This document shows, piece by piece, positions 7,719 to 18,455 of a stretch of 56,993 bases of DNA. The DNA comes from Treponemataceae bacterium. GTDB lineage: Bacteria; Spirochaetota; Spirochaetia; Treponematales; Treponemataceae. Made by a program: the position numbers and the translations under genes. The stretch spans positions 1 to 56,993 of the forward strand of contig JBOFSR010000016.1 of the NCBI GenBank assembly GCA_051651645.1, written 5' to 3'. Under the pieces are notes generated by a model. It was not told the DNA's origin, searched no databases, and saw only the letters and a program-made list of their open reading frames with translations. Every line of letters begins with the position of its first letter. Within the stretch, counting starts at the first letter, position 1.

Positions 7719-9317
7719 ATGGAAAAACAACTATCTCAAATCATACAAAATATATCGACTATAAATGACGTAAAAAACGATTGCAAAATTACTGGACTTG
7801 CCTTTGATTCGCGTGCGGTCAAAAAAGACTTTTTATTTTTTGCCCTTCCTGGCATTCACGTCGATGGCAACGAATACATTCTTCCCGCTATCAAAAACGG
7901 TGCAAATGCCGTTGTTTTTCAAGGCACTATTGACAAAAAAATACAAGAAGAAAACGCAGAAGTAATTTTCATCCACGTTACAGATTCACGGTTTTGCATG
8001 GCACCTATTGCCAATGATTTTTATGACACGCCATCAAAAAACCTTGTTATTTATGGAGTTACAGGAACAGAAGGAAAAAGCACCACCGTTTTTTTAATTT
8101 GGCAATTATTGCAATTTCTTGGAAAAAAAGCAGGTTTTATTTCAACCGTTGAATACTCACTTGGTGGAGAGGCGATAAAAAATCCCGAGCACCAAACAAC
8201 GCCCGAAGCTCCCATTATTCAGGAAAAACTCTACCAAATGATTCAAAACGGTTGCACTCACGCAGTAATTGAAAGCTCTTCCCACGGATTATCACCAAAA
8301 ACAAATCGACTAGGAAATATTTTTTTTGATGCCGTTGCCTTTATGAATGTTACCCATGAACATTTAGAGTTTCACGGCACATTTGAGCAGTATCGAGATG
8401 ACAAGGCAAATCTTTTTCGCTCACTTAACACGGCTATCCCAAAAATGGACAGCGAAACGAGGCTGCCTGTTGGAGCGGTTAATTTAGAAGATGACTCAGC
8501 CGAATATTTTGCAAATGCGACGTCAAAAGAAGTCATCGGATTTTGCATAAAGCCCGTCAAAAAAATTCCAGAAAAAATTGCAATTTATTTTGAGGCTAAA
8601 AATATTGTAAGCAAAATGGGCAACTCACGTTTTAACCTTGAGATAAAACATCGCAATCACGATGGAACATTCACCAGAAGGTTTGAGCAAAAAATGCAAA
8701 TCAATCTTAACGGAGAGTTCAATATTTACAATGCCTTAGCCGCACTCATTTTAGTCAGCAAAACCACCGCAACAAAAATTGAAGATTTAGCTCCCCTTGC
8801 GGAAAAACTTTTACCTGTACATGGACGCATGAGCGTTATCAATCAAGGCCAATCGTTTGAAGTCATTGTAGACTATGCACATACGCCCTCTTCTTTTGAA
8901 GCGATTTTTCCTGCTCTAAAAAAGCGTGCCAAAGGACGAATTATCAGCGTCTTTGGCTCTGGTGGTGAGCGTGATACCCAAAAACGCCCAATTCAAGGAG
9001 GCATTGCAAGCACATACAGCAATATTGTTATCCTGACCGATGAAGATCCGCGTGCAGACAATCCAATAGAAATACTTGAAATGATTGCCAAAGGCTGTAA
9101 ACGAGGAGAAACATTTCTTCAGAGGGAGAAAGAACTTTTTTTGATTCCAGATCGCCCAAGTGCAATTCGAAAAGCATTTTCCCTTGCAAAAAAAGATGAT
9201 ATTGTCCTCCTGCTCGGTAAAGGACATGAAAATTCAATCATTTACAAAGAAAAAACAATTCCCTATGACGAAATTACTGAAGCAAAAAAGGCTTTAAGCG
9301 AATTGGGTTTTAAATAA
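7719..9317 (+). CDS. murE: UDP-N-acetylmuramoyl-L-alanyl-D-glutamate--diamino acid ligase MurE
   Basis: 532 aa. It has the Mur ligase P-loop GVTGTEGKSTT, the central domain and the C-terminal DYAHTP block. Confidence 0.9.
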   Translation: MEKQLSQIIQNISTINDVKNDCKITGLAFDSRAVKKDFLFFALPGIHVDGNEYILPAIKNGANAVVFQGTIDKKIQEENAEVIFIHVTDSRFCMAPIANDFYDTPSKNLVIYGVTGTEGKSTTVFLIWQLLQFLGKKAGFISTVEYSLGGEAIKNPEHQTTPEAPIIQEKLYQMIQNGCTHAVIESSSHGLSPKTNRLGNIFFDAVAFMNVTHEHLEFHGTFEQYRDDKANLFRSLNTAIPKMDSETRLPVGAVNLEDDSAEYFANATSKEVIGFCIKPVKKIPEKIAIYFEAKNIVSKMGNSRFNLEIKHRNHDGTFTRRFEQKMQINLNGEFNIYNALAALILVSKTTATKIEDLAPLAEKLLPVHGRMSVINQGQSFEVIVDYAHTPSSFEAIFPALKKRAKGRIISVFGSGGERDTQKRPIQGGIASTYSNIVILTDEDPRADNPIEILEMIAKGCKRGETFLQREKELFLIPDRPSAIRKAFSLAKKDDIVLLLGKGHENSIIYKEKTIPYDEITEAKKALSELGFK

Positions 9318-9321
9318 TTTT

Positions 9322-10056
9322 CTAATTAAAACGAGGATGAAAACTATCTTTATACTTTACGTACAAGCCTGTTGATTTAAGATCTTTCATTGCCGTGTCA
9401 TTGTTATCACGAATGATAACAGCAAAAAGTTGTGCTTCAACACCAGCCTTTGTCAGTCCAATTTTCCGTGCAACTTTTACATCAAAATTATGATTTTTCA
9501 ACTCTAAAACAGCGTTCAAGGCATTACGGGCATTGCGAAAAGCACCAACTTGTAACCAGCGATTATTCGCAATATCAGTAAAATATTCAAGCAGCGTATC
9601 TTGCGAAGCAGCTTCAGGAGTAAGATCCTCCTTCGGAATCGTCAAAGCAAGATTTTTCAAAATCTCCTCAACTCGCTTCTCATCGGCAAAATCTATCGCA
9701 GTTTCAGTTTCGCTTTCAAGCTGAGTAGAAGGCGTTTCAAGTGTCTCCAAGACATCGTCTTTTTTTGGCAATTTTTCATCACCTTCAAGCTCTTTGGCAG
9801 CAGATATAACCTTCGCAGGATCTAAGTTAGGATCAGGAACATCATAGGTCTGGGCAACTCCAGAATTCTTTTTTGATTCAGAAGTTTTTTTTCTATTTCT
9901 AATAAAAAAAAGACTAGCAGGAGTTTGTGACTCCTCATTTTTATGTATTTCTTTTTGAAGAAGCGGATTATAGACGTCATCTGAAAAAAATATGCTACAA
10001 GAAAAGAGCATTGTAACCATCAAAAGTAGTATTTTTTTACTGAAAGGTTGTTTCAT
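9322..10056 (-). CDS. SPOR-domain protein (secreted or lipoprotein)
   Basis: Signal peptide with LFSC. An acidic low-complexity linker is followed by a C-terminal WLQVGAFRNARNALNAV...FAVII block typical of SPOR domains. Confidence 0.65.
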   Translation of the reverse strand: MKQPFSKKILLLMVTMLFSCSIFFSDDVYNPLLQKEIHKNEESQTPASLFFIRNRKKTSESKKNSGVAQTYDVPDPNLDPAKVISAAKELEGDEKLPKKDDVLETLETPSTQLESETETAIDFADEKRVEEILKNLALTIPKEDLTPEAASQDTLLEYFTDIANNRWLQVGAFRNARNALNAVLELKNHNFDVKVARKIGLTKAGVEAQLFAVIIRDNNDTAMKDLKSTGLYVKYKDSFHPRFN

Positions 10057-10155
10057 ACTATATTATCGACCATTTCTAAAAAAAACGCAATTAAAAAAGA
10101 GAAAGATGCTAAAAACTCCCTAAGCACAACCAATCGATTTGTCGTTAAAAAAGAT

Positions 10156-11277
10156 TTACAAACGAATTATGCGTGATTTTGTTAGTGTTTCGTTGCCGTC
10201 TTTGGTGATGAGAATATCATTTTCAAGGCGGACGCCGCCCAAAAGGGAATCGTAAAGTCCTGGTTCAAGGCTTGCAATCATTCCGTTCAAAAAAAGGATA
10301 TTTTTATCAGCGTCTTTTCGAATAAACGGATGTTCATGTGCCTCAAGTCCAATTCCATGGCCAAGTCCGTGTGGCATCACTCGTTTTTCTTTAGCAAAAC
10401 TTTTTTCTACAATCGTCGCTGCTTCTTTTACTGGCACGTTTGGAGCATAGAGTTTTTCAGCCTTGCTATATGCATGCTCAACAAGATTGATCAATTTTTC
10501 TTGCTCGTCATTAATATTTTTTGCAAAGGTAATCGTTACGTCACTGCCATATCCCTCATAGACCAAGCCAAAATCTAAAATAGAAAGTCCGTCGGTTGCA
10601 AAGGGCTTTGCCGTATAGGAAGGAAAACAGTGAATGCCAAAACTACGCTCGCTACCTGCAGCAAGGGTTTCAAAGCTTGTTCGCTCACAGCCTGCACTGC
10701 GGCACTCTTTTTCTATCAAAAGGGCAGCCTCCATTTCCGTTTTGATCGTGCCCGCAATCACTTTTTGTTCAATGATATCAATTAAATCATTCGTGATATT
10801 TGCAGCCTTCCGATGAAGGGCAATTTCGTGCTCATCCTTAATTGATCGCATTTTCTTTACAAAATCAAAGCAAAGATTTTCACGGCAGTAAATATCAAAC
10901 TGTGGAAGATGATCAACAACGCGTAAAAAACTTGGATACGGCGTTGTCGGAGAGATTTCAATATTCGAACGTGAAGGAATCTTTAATTCTTTGAGCATTC
11001 CCTCGATCGCGAGCAAAACATTTCGCTTGTATTTGGTAAACGGAATAATTTTATCAGCATGAGCCATTTTGTTTGCAAGATTAATATCCCACGGCGATAA
11101 AATTGTTTTGCCGTCAAATCGGATTGCTAAAAGTGCATCATTTGGCTGGCCGCAAAAGTATCGAACAGCGGGATTTCTGCAATGTTCAAAGTCCTCAAAA
11201 AAAACAACCGCAATTTTATTTTCTTGCATAAAGGAAGATAAAGCTTCAATTCGCAATTTGTAAGTAGCCTCAAGCAT
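10156..11277 (-). CDS. M24-family Xaa-Pro peptidase (aminopeptidase P-like)
   Basis: 373 aa with a creatinase-like N-terminal domain and M24 metal-ligand blocks (DFGLVYEGYGSDVT, HGLGHGIGLEAHE, LEPGLY). Confidence 0.85.
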   Translation of the reverse strand: MLEATYKLRIEALSSFMQENKIAVVFFEDFEHCRNPAVRYFCGQPNDALLAIRFDGKTILSPWDINLANKMAHADKIIPFTKYKRNVLLAIEGMLKELKIPSRSNIEISPTTPYPSFLRVVDHLPQFDIYCRENLCFDFVKKMRSIKDEHEIALHRKAANITNDLIDIIEQKVIAGTIKTEMEAALLIEKECRSAGCERTSFETLAAGSERSFGIHCFPSYTAKPFATDGLSILDFGLVYEGYGSDVTITFAKNINDEQEKLINLVEHAYSKAEKLYAPNVPVKEAATIVEKSFAKEKRVMPHGLGHGIGLEAHEHPFIRKDADKNILFLNGMIASLEPGLYDSLLGGVRLENDILITKDGNETLTKSRIIRL

Positions 11278-11300
11278 GAAACTTTTCTCCTTTATATTTT

Positions 11301-12782
11301 TTAGACAAGGTAGCCAAAAATCAAGAATAGCACCGCACTAATTCCCGCAGCAATAAATCCATAGGGGATTTGCGTCAGTGCGTGATCAAAATTATTACAT
11401 CCTGCAGCAGCAGAGGTGATAACGGTCGCGTCAGAATAAAAGCAAATGTGGCTTCCAAAAACGCCTGCAGAAAGAACGGCTGCAACAACAAGCGTCATAT
11501 CAGCGTTTAGTGCAGTCGCAAGCGGAATAACTATTGGCAATGCAATGATATACATTCCCCAGTTTGTTCCTGTGATAAATTCTGTTATGGCAAGAATAAT
11601 AAATACAATCAGTGGCATAAGCTGCGGTTTCATAATTGGGCGAGCGGCATTTATAACATACTCGGTAAATCCAATTTGCTCATTCATTGCAGCAAAAATA
11701 AAGGCAAGCACCATCAGCATCAAAGGCAACATCATGTTTTTCAATCCTTTAAGCGTGGTGTCCGTAAAATCCTCTGCGGTCATGACATTTTGACTCAAGT
11801 AAAGAATGAACATAAACGCCATTGTAAAAAGAACGCCAATAAGCATGTCAACATCAAAATAAATTGTTGAAACGATTAGCACAAGAATCGGCAGGGCAAA
11901 ATTATAAATACTTGGCTTTTTTTTGAAATTCTTTTCTGTTTTTTTTCCACGAATATCAATTTTTGAAGAACCTGGGGGAGCAAGCTCTCCACCATTTGCA
12001 ACACGCTCTTCAGCCTTTTTCATGTAACCAAGGGGAGGAATAACGCCAAAAATAACCAGCGGAACAATCAGAGCGGCTATCCATCCGTAAAAATTATAGG
12101 GAATTGTTTTGATAAAATACATAATTCCCTCTCCTGCAGGAGCCCAGCCATTTGCCTCTAAAATGCGAGAACAAAAAACTGCCCACGTGGAAATAGGAAT
12201 TAAAACACACAGCGGAGCTGCAGTTGAATCAACAACATAGGCAAGCATTTCACGGGGAACTTTATGTTTATCAGTGATAGGAGTCATGCAAGATGCTACC
12301 GTCAAAGAATTTAAGTAATCATCAATAAAAACACAAATCCCTAAAATCCATGTCCAAAGCAATGAGGATTTTCGTGTTTTTGCATATTTTGAAACCCAAT
12401 CGCCAAAAGCAAAGGTTGCACCTGTTTTTTCAATTAATGCAATAATCGACCCCATTAAACCGCAAACGATAATAAGCCAAGCAATGTCCTCAGACATCAT
12501 TGTTTCAAGAACCGTTTCACTAAACGTTTTAAGCAAATCAACTCTTGAAATAAGCATAAAGCCAATAATCGAAGAGAGCGTTAGAGCTTCTAAAATACGG
12601 CGAGTTGCAAAAATGTATACTATTAAAAATATAGCAGGAATGCACACAATAAATCCAAAATCTTCTGGATTCTCAGGCAGAAACGCCGTTACTAAAAAAG
12701 TAAAAGCGACCACTATGATTATTACAAAAAGCGATCTTCTGCCTTTAAAATGATTTTTTTCTTTTTGTAAAAATTCAAACAT
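11301..12782 (-). CDS. nhaC: Na+/H+ antiporter NhaC-family protein
   Basis: 493 aa polytopic protein whose overall pattern matches the NhaC family (DYLNSLTV, VDSTAAPLCVLIPISTW). Confidence 0.8.
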   Translation of the reverse strand: MFEFLQKEKNHFKGRRSLFVIIIVVAFTFLVTAFLPENPEDFGFIVCIPAIFLIVYIFATRRILEALTLSSIIGFMLISRVDLLKTFSETVLETMMSEDIAWLIIVCGLMGSIIALIEKTGATFAFGDWVSKYAKTRKSSLLWTWILGICVFIDDYLNSLTVASCMTPITDKHKVPREMLAYVVDSTAAPLCVLIPISTWAVFCSRILEANGWAPAGEGIMYFIKTIPYNFYGWIAALIVPLVIFGVIPPLGYMKKAEERVANGGELAPPGSSKIDIRGKKTEKNFKKKPSIYNFALPILVLIVSTIYFDVDMLIGVLFTMAFMFILYLSQNVMTAEDFTDTTLKGLKNMMLPLMLMVLAFIFAAMNEQIGFTEYVINAARPIMKPQLMPLIVFIILAITEFITGTNWGMYIIALPIVIPLATALNADMTLVVAAVLSAGVFGSHICFYSDATVITSAAAGCNNFDHALTQIPYGFIAAGISAVLFLIFGYLV

Positions 12783-13043
12783 TAAATAATTATATAAAAA
12801 AAATAAGTTTTGGCAAGACTTTTAGCCACAGAAATTAGAGCTTACAAAAAAGAAGACGTAACATAACGAAAAAACTCATTGAAAAAAACTATAAATCAAC
12901 CTGCACTTGTTAAAAACTCCATACGTATCGAGCATTGCCTAGCCATTAAAAACTAGCGAATGATTTTATGAATCAAGATAAGTACTAACTACTAAAGTTT
13001 TTTTCATTTTTTGCCGATTCTTGAAGAGAAGTATTTTCAAAAC

Positions 13044-13072
13044 TTGACAAAATATACGTTTTACAATATTAT
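13044..13072 (+). promoter_or_regulatory. Near-consensus sigma70 promoter of the LRR lipoprotein gene
   Basis: TTGACA (13044..13049), 17 nt, TATTAT (13067..13072). It lies inside the over-extended track ORF and upstream of AGGAGG (13101) and TTG (13113). Confidence 0.5.
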
Positions 13073-13112
13073 ATTACAGACGTATATTTTTATATTAGCA
13101 AGGAGGCTAACT

Positions 13113-14927
13113 TTGTTAAGGATCTATACATATATTTTAATAATTAGTTCACTTTTTATAATCGCCTGCAAGGACATAAATTATAGTGATGCGTATACTG
13201 TTTCTATTGACAGCTCAATGATAGGCGGAGTGATTGAGATTGCTTCAGCAGAAAATATAATTCGTGCAGGTCAAGCCGTGCGAATTTCTGTTAAACCTGC
13301 TGAAGGCTTTGCACTTGTGGAGGATAGCTTAGCGTATTATGCAAATGGGATTCGTTATAATATAACTAAAAATTACTTTGATATGCCAGAAGCAGATATT
13401 ATCTTAACAGCAAGTTTTGGCTCTGGTTCATCAAAGGTTAGTTTAAAATTTGACAGAGAGCATGTAATTTTTTCAGAAAGCGTAACTATAAAACCTGAAA
13501 TAATATCAAGTGATGAAAATCAAAACTTCAACATACTATGGCATCCTCACGATCCGAGGATACAAGTTAAAGATAATGTTATTACAACAGCTTTTACAGA
13601 AGATCTTATTGAAGATATAACTATTTCTGTTATTGTAGAAGGCCATGCATATAGTGAAAAATCAATAAAGCTAACACACGTGCCAAAAAATTATTTTGAG
13701 GTTGACAGAGATACTATTCTAAAAATTAATGATTATATTGCCCCATTTGCCAATGGAATTTTGTATATTCCTGATGCGATCGATAATATCGAAATAACAA
13801 AAATTTCTGAAAAAGCTTTTTTTTACAATGAAAATTCTTCCGAAGCAACAAAATCAATATTAAGATCTATAAAAAAAATACATATTCCTTATACGATTAA
13901 AGGAATTGGAGCAGCAGCATTTAAAGCTTTGCCATATATTGAACAAATAATAATTTCACCAGCATCACCACCGCAAGGATTGAAAAATGGAGAAGCTTTA
14001 CCTGTCAATGTTTTTCAAGATATTGGAACATTAAGTTCCGTTCCAACAATCTTTGTTGTACCTGATTCATCGGTTGAAGTGTATAGAGTAGCAGCTGGGT
14101 GGAATGAATATGCCAATTTTATGCGCTCTTCAATTGAACGAGGCGTACACACAGAGGGGGCCTTTGTGATAAATGGTGATTACAGATCTTTGGTTTTTGC
14201 AAAACCCGACTCCTTGGTCAAGGCAGCTCCCATACCAAAAGATGGCAAGCAAGTGATATCTCTAAAAATTAATCCCGTCTTGGGTAATAACCGCGGAGCT
14301 ATCAATCGAGTATCAGAACTTTCCTTTATAATGCCTCCGTATGATGTTCAAGTTGTAGCAGACCAATCAAAAACGGCAGAGACCCGTGTTACACTCGATT
14401 GGCAAAATGGAACGATATCAGATACTGTCACTGCACAATACAATAGAGCTATCGGTGCAGCCTTTACTAACCATGACGGAACGGCTATTCCCGCCTTTAA
14501 CAAAAAACCTGAAAAACAGGGATTTGATTTCCAAGGATATTTTACGGAAAAACAAAACGGAACCATGTATTTCGATAAAAATATGGTGGGTAAAACATGG
14601 AACATAAGCGATTATACAAAAACCTTATATGCACAATGGATTATCAAAACAACTATTGTAACCTTTAACCCCAATGCACCCGATGTTATTGGAGGTCCTC
14701 ACCTTGATACAGATCATCCTTACACATTCACATACGGAGAACCTTTTCCATCAATGCAATCAAGTGCACCTACTCGTGAAGGCTATACATTCAAAGGATA
14801 TTGGACTGTTTCTGCTAGTACAGGGGGACGTGAAATTTACTTAGGAAACTCCGTGCAACTTGAGCCTGCATTTTCTAACTGGGATATAGAAAATGATACA
14901 TTAACAGTTTATGCCCGATGGGAGTAG
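13113..14927 (+). CDS. Surface lipoprotein with BspA-type leucine-rich repeats and Listeria-Bacteroides (Flg_new) repeats
   Basis: A TTG start 7 nt after AGGAGG yields the lipoprotein signal MLRIYTYILIISSLFIIAC. LRR_5-like segments are present (ITKISEKAF, IKGIGAAAF). The C-terminal repeats GFDFQGYFT...LYAQW and GYTFKGYWT...VYARW are typical of Flg_new. Confidence 0.7.
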   Translation: MLRIYTYILIISSLFIIACKDINYSDAYTVSIDSSMIGGVIEIASAENIIRAGQAVRISVKPAEGFALVEDSLAYYANGIRYNITKNYFDMPEADIILTASFGSGSSKVSLKFDREHVIFSESVTIKPEIISSDENQNFNILWHPHDPRIQVKDNVITTAFTEDLIEDITISVIVEGHAYSEKSIKLTHVPKNYFEVDRDTILKINDYIAPFANGILYIPDAIDNIEITKISEKAFFYNENSSEATKSILRSIKKIHIPYTIKGIGAAAFKALPYIEQIIISPASPPQGLKNGEALPVNVFQDIGTLSSVPTIFVVPDSSVEVYRVAAGWNEYANFMRSSIERGVHTEGAFVINGDYRSLVFAKPDSLVKAAPIPKDGKQVISLKINPVLGNNRGAINRVSELSFIMPPYDVQVVADQSKTAETRVTLDWQNGTISDTVTAQYNRAIGAAFTNHDGTAIPAFNKKPEKQGFDFQGYFTEKQNGTMYFDKNMVGKTWNISDYTKTLYAQWIIKTTIVTFNPNAPDVIGGPHLDTDHPYTFTYGEPFPSMQSSAPTREGYTFKGYWTVSASTGGREIYLGNSVQLEPAFSNWDIENDTLTVYARWE

Positions 14928-14999
14928 AAATTAAGAAATTGCTTTGCGGCAAAACTTATGATACACCCCATGTAATAGCAATAGCTAAAAAATAAATCC

Positions 15000-15028
15000 T
15001 TGACCTCAGAGAAAAAACGTAGTAAAAT
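15000..15028 (+). promoter_or_regulatory. Putative sigma70 promoter of the phospho-sugar mutase gene
   Basis: TTGACC (15000..15005), 17 nt, TAAAAT (15023..15028), 35 nt upstream of the ATG. Confidence 0.45.
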
Positions 15029-15062
15029 TGTGGCTATAAAATTATAATAATAGGAATATCAC

Positions 15063-16823
15063 ATGACAAATGACGAAATTATCCAACGGGCAAATGAGTA
15101 CATTGCTCAAGAGCAAGATGCGTTTTTTAGATCTGAGGTTGAAGCTTTGCTTTCAAAAAAAGATTTTGCCGAGCTTGAAGACAGGTTTTATCAAAATCTT
15201 GAATTTGGGACAGGCGGATTGCGAGGCATTATTGCAGGTGGATCAAATCGGATGAATACGTCTGTTATAAACAAGGCGACTCAAGGACTTGCAACATATA
15301 TTATTAAAACTTTTCCCCAAAAGGCTCAAAAAGGCGAGCTAAAGGCGGTTGTTGCGTATGATTCACGACGATTTTCTGATGTTTTTGCACAGGCGACTGC
15401 GTTAATTTTTGCCGCAAATGGATTTACCGTTTATTTATTTTCAAGCTTGCGCCCAACTCCAGAGCTTTCTTTTGCCATTCGTGAGCTTTCTTGTGATACA
15501 GGCGTTGTTGTTACGGCTTCTCATAATCCTCCGCAGTACAACGGTTATAAGGCGTATTGGAATGATGGGGCACAAGTTACGCCGCCGCATGATGAGGGCA
15601 TAATTGCAGAGGTCAATATGGTTTCTGCGGTGAAAACTATTTCAAAAGGGGACGCTCTTAGTTCTGGAAAGCTTCATGTAATCGATAAAGAAATTGATGA
15701 AAAATATTGGAATATGGTAAAGGCACAACTTTTTAGACCGCAGTTGATAGCATCAAGCGCAAAGGATATAAAAGTTGTTTTTACGCCCTTGCATGGAACT
15801 GGTGCAATGCATGTTGAAAAAGTTTTGGGTGATTTGGGCTTAAAGGTCATTACTGTTCCCGAGCAAAAAGAGCCGAATGGTGATTTTCCGACGGTGAGTT
15901 ACCCCAATCCTGAGGAAGCTGCTGCCTTAAAAATGGCGATTGAGCTTGCCCAAAAAGAAAAGGCTGACGTCGTTATGGCAACGGATCCTGACGCTGATCG
16001 ATTTGGAAGTGCAGTCCCCGATCAAAATGGAAACTATGTTTTGATTAGCGGCAATCAAATGGGTGTTTTGCTAACTGATTATATCTTGCTTTCACGTAAA
16101 GAGTTAGGAAAAATCCCTTCGAATGCGGGAATTATTCGTTCAATTGTAACCACAACAATGGTTGACAGAATTTGCAAAGCGTATAACGTTCACTTGGAGG
16201 AATGCCTCACAGGTTTTAAATGGATTGCTGCTGCCACTGCTGAGTTTGAGAAAACTGGCAGGGCGTATATTTTTGGGTTTGAGGAAAGTTATGGCTACAC
16301 TGTTGAAAAAGAAATTCGCGATAAAGACGGAGTTTCTGCTGCGGCGATGTGTGCTGAAATGACTTTGTATTGGCGCTCAAAGGGAAAAACGCTTTTGAAT
16401 CGATTAGAAGAGCTTTTTACGGAATTTGGCTACTATGAAGACAGGGCAATTTCAAAAACTTTTACGGGATCCTCTGGAACTCAAACAATGAAAAATATTA
16501 TGGCAAAGTTGCGCTCCGATGGTTTGAAAATGCTTGGCGGAAAAAAAGTTGTGCAAATTCGTGATGTGGGCGAAAGCGTTTGTTTTGATCCGCATAATCC
16601 TGCTAAAAAAGAAAGCATTAGTCTTCCCAAAAGCAATGTTTTGCAATTTTATCTTGAAGACGGAACAACGGTGAGTGCTCGCCCTAGTGGAACAGAGCCA
16701 AAAATTAAATTTTATGTTAATTGCGTTGTGGACGTAAAAACGGATGTGCAAAGTGCAAAAAAAGAGGCGTGCGTATTTTGCGATAAAATTGTGCAAGAAA
16801 TAAATGACGTTTTGAACGTTTAA
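15063..16823 (+). CDS. Phospho-sugar mutase (phosphoglucomutase/phosphomannomutase family)
   Basis: 586 aa with the active-site loop TASHNPPQYNGYK, the Mg site DPDADR and the sugar-binding GFEESYG block. Confidence 0.9.
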   Translation: MTNDEIIQRANEYIAQEQDAFFRSEVEALLSKKDFAELEDRFYQNLEFGTGGLRGIIAGGSNRMNTSVINKATQGLATYIIKTFPQKAQKGELKAVVAYDSRRFSDVFAQATALIFAANGFTVYLFSSLRPTPELSFAIRELSCDTGVVVTASHNPPQYNGYKAYWNDGAQVTPPHDEGIIAEVNMVSAVKTISKGDALSSGKLHVIDKEIDEKYWNMVKAQLFRPQLIASSAKDIKVVFTPLHGTGAMHVEKVLGDLGLKVITVPEQKEPNGDFPTVSYPNPEEAAALKMAIELAQKEKADVVMATDPDADRFGSAVPDQNGNYVLISGNQMGVLLTDYILLSRKELGKIPSNAGIIRSIVTTTMVDRICKAYNVHLEECLTGFKWIAAATAEFEKTGRAYIFGFEESYGYTVEKEIRDKDGVSAAAMCAEMTLYWRSKGKTLLNRLEELFTEFGYYEDRAISKTFTGSSGTQTMKNIMAKLRSDGLKMLGGKKVVQIRDVGESVCFDPHNPAKKESISLPKSNVLQFYLEDGTTVSARPSGTEPKIKFYVNCVVDVKTDVQSAKKEACVFCDKIVQEINDVLNV

Positions 16824-16943
16824 AAATAAAATTATTTTATTTTTACTTTTTTTCGTCAATATAGTATATTTATAAAATAGTAATTGTACCGCTGTTTTTG
16901 ACGGAATTACTAATAACTCATTTGATTTTATAAGGAGACTATT

Positions 16944-17255
16944 ATGGCAATGGCATTTACAAAAGAAAATTTTGATTCCGAGGTATTACAATCAACTTCT
17001 CCTGTATTAGTTGATTTTTGGGCGCCCTGGTGTGGCCCTTGTAGAGCAGTTGGGCCTGTAATTGATGAGCTTGCAACTGAGCTTTCTGGAAAGGTTAAGG
17101 TTGGAAAGGTTAATGTTGATGAGCAGCCAGAACTTGCTTCTCAGTATGGAGTGATGAGTATTCCGACCCTTGCTCTAATTAAAAATGGAAAGGTTGAAAA
17201 ACAGCAAGCTGGTGCTTTGGACAAAGCGGGGCTTTTACAGTTTGTCGGAATGTAA
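16944..17255 (+). CDS. trxA: Thioredoxin
   Basis: 103 aa with the WCGPC active site. AAGGAG RBS. Confidence 0.95.
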   Translation: MAMAFTKENFDSEVLQSTSPVLVDFWAPWCGPCRAVGPVIDELATELSGKVKVGKVNVDEQPELASQYGVMSIPTLALIKNGKVEKQQAGALDKAGLLQFVGM

Positions 17256-17262
17256 CGTTCAT

Positions 17263-17291
17263 AGTGAAAAGGATTATTGATCCTTTTCACT
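17263..17291. terminator. Hairpin between convergent genes (12-bp stem), probable bidirectional terminator
   Basis: AGTGAAAAGGAT, loop TATTG, ATCCTTTTCACT. It lies between the trxA stop and the stop of the 17346 gene. There is no U-tract. Confidence 0.4.
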
Positions 17292-17345
17292 GGTGTTGCT
17301 TCAAGTAAAATAATTATAAAAAGTAAGGCAGCTGTCTTAGAATAA

Positions 17346-18425
17346 TTAATTAGCTATATTATACTTTATTTTGTGATATCTTTCAGCAAAATGACTGATG
17401 ACATTGTATTGAGCTGTAATTTTTTGATAATTTTTTTCAATATCAGGATTTTGATATAAAAAAAGCAAAAAAAGATCACTCGAAAGAATTTTTTTCAAAT
17501 ATTGTGCCGATTTTTCTGAAAAGAGAGTCGTCAATGCTATTCCGTATTGCATACAAAAAGCATCTAATCCTTTTAAATACGCGTTAAAGTGGTAAAATTG
17601 AGCAGCCTCATCCCCCATTTGCGTAATATTTTTTTTTGGGATTGTAAACCCTGCAAATGAAGAGTACTTGGCGTATGGCTCGCTTGCATTGCTGTAAACT
17701 GTTTGCTCCTTTTCAGCTTTAACATAGTTTTGAAAGTCTTCTATGAACTTCGATTGATTTTCAAAGTTGAAAGATGCATTGCTGGCGGTGAAAAGCAAAT
17801 ACGGATTTTCAATAAATGTTGTTAGTGGAATAATTCCGTATTGGGGAAAAAGTTCGCTTGCCTGCTCAAATGTACGATAATAATGGATTTTTTTTTCTGT
17901 TTCACTAAGACTCTTGAATGAATCTAAAAATGGAATATCGATTGGTTTTGGAACAAAAGATTCTGGAGGCAAGTTAAAGTCAATTTGCAGAATTTGTCTT
18001 TTTTCGCTTGGAATTTGCGAAATAAAATACAACTCGGCTCCTGTTTTCTTAGGAAAATATGAAATTAAAAAATTTTCAACCTCGCTTTGTATTGCTTTTA
18101 TTTCATTTGAAAATTTTTCAAGGCTTTCTAAATATATCTGGGAATTGTAAATGTGCGTGATAAAAAAAAAGGATTCGCCTAGTGCATACAGTTGCAGTTT
18201 ATCCGCTGCAGAAGAATCTTTGAGACATTTCGAAAACAGAGAAAAATATTCCAATAATTTTTGATGTAACGCTTCTGTTTCTGACTCAGTTTTTTCTAAT
18301 GAGCTAAATTCAGTGTATAGCAAACTTAGTTTATTGTAATCTTCTAGTGTAACAGCACTAAGTGTTTGTGAAATCAATATAAATATAAAAAAAATACTAT
18401 TGAAAAAAAATACTTTTTGGTTCAT
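17346..18425 (-). CDS. Secreted hypothetical protein
   Basis: 359 aa with an N-terminal signal-like segment (FFIFILISQTLSA). No recognisable domain. It lies 30 nt downstream of the sugar transferase gene. Confidence 0.55.
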   Translation of the reverse strand: MNQKVFFFNSIFFIFILISQTLSAVTLEDYNKLSLLYTEFSSLEKTESETEALHQKLLEYFSLFSKCLKDSSAADKLQLYALGESFFFITHIYNSQIYLESLEKFSNEIKAIQSEVENFLISYFPKKTGAELYFISQIPSEKRQILQIDFNLPPESFVPKPIDIPFLDSFKSLSETEKKIHYYRTFEQASELFPQYGIIPLTTFIENPYLLFTASNASFNFENQSKFIEDFQNYVKAEKEQTVYSNASEPYAKYSSFAGFTIPKKNITQMGDEAAQFYHFNAYLKGLDAFCMQYGIALTTLFSEKSAQYLKKILSSDLFLLFLYQNPDIEKNYQKITAQYNVISHFAERYHKIKYNIAN

Positions 18426-18455
18426 ATTACTCCAGTTTTTATTGCAAGGACTTGT

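Noticed and set aside
13011-13112. N-terminal extension of the LRR lipoprotein ORF in the track
   Set aside because: A near-consensus promoter and AGGAGG lie inside it. The TTG at 13113 gives a proper lipoprotein signal.
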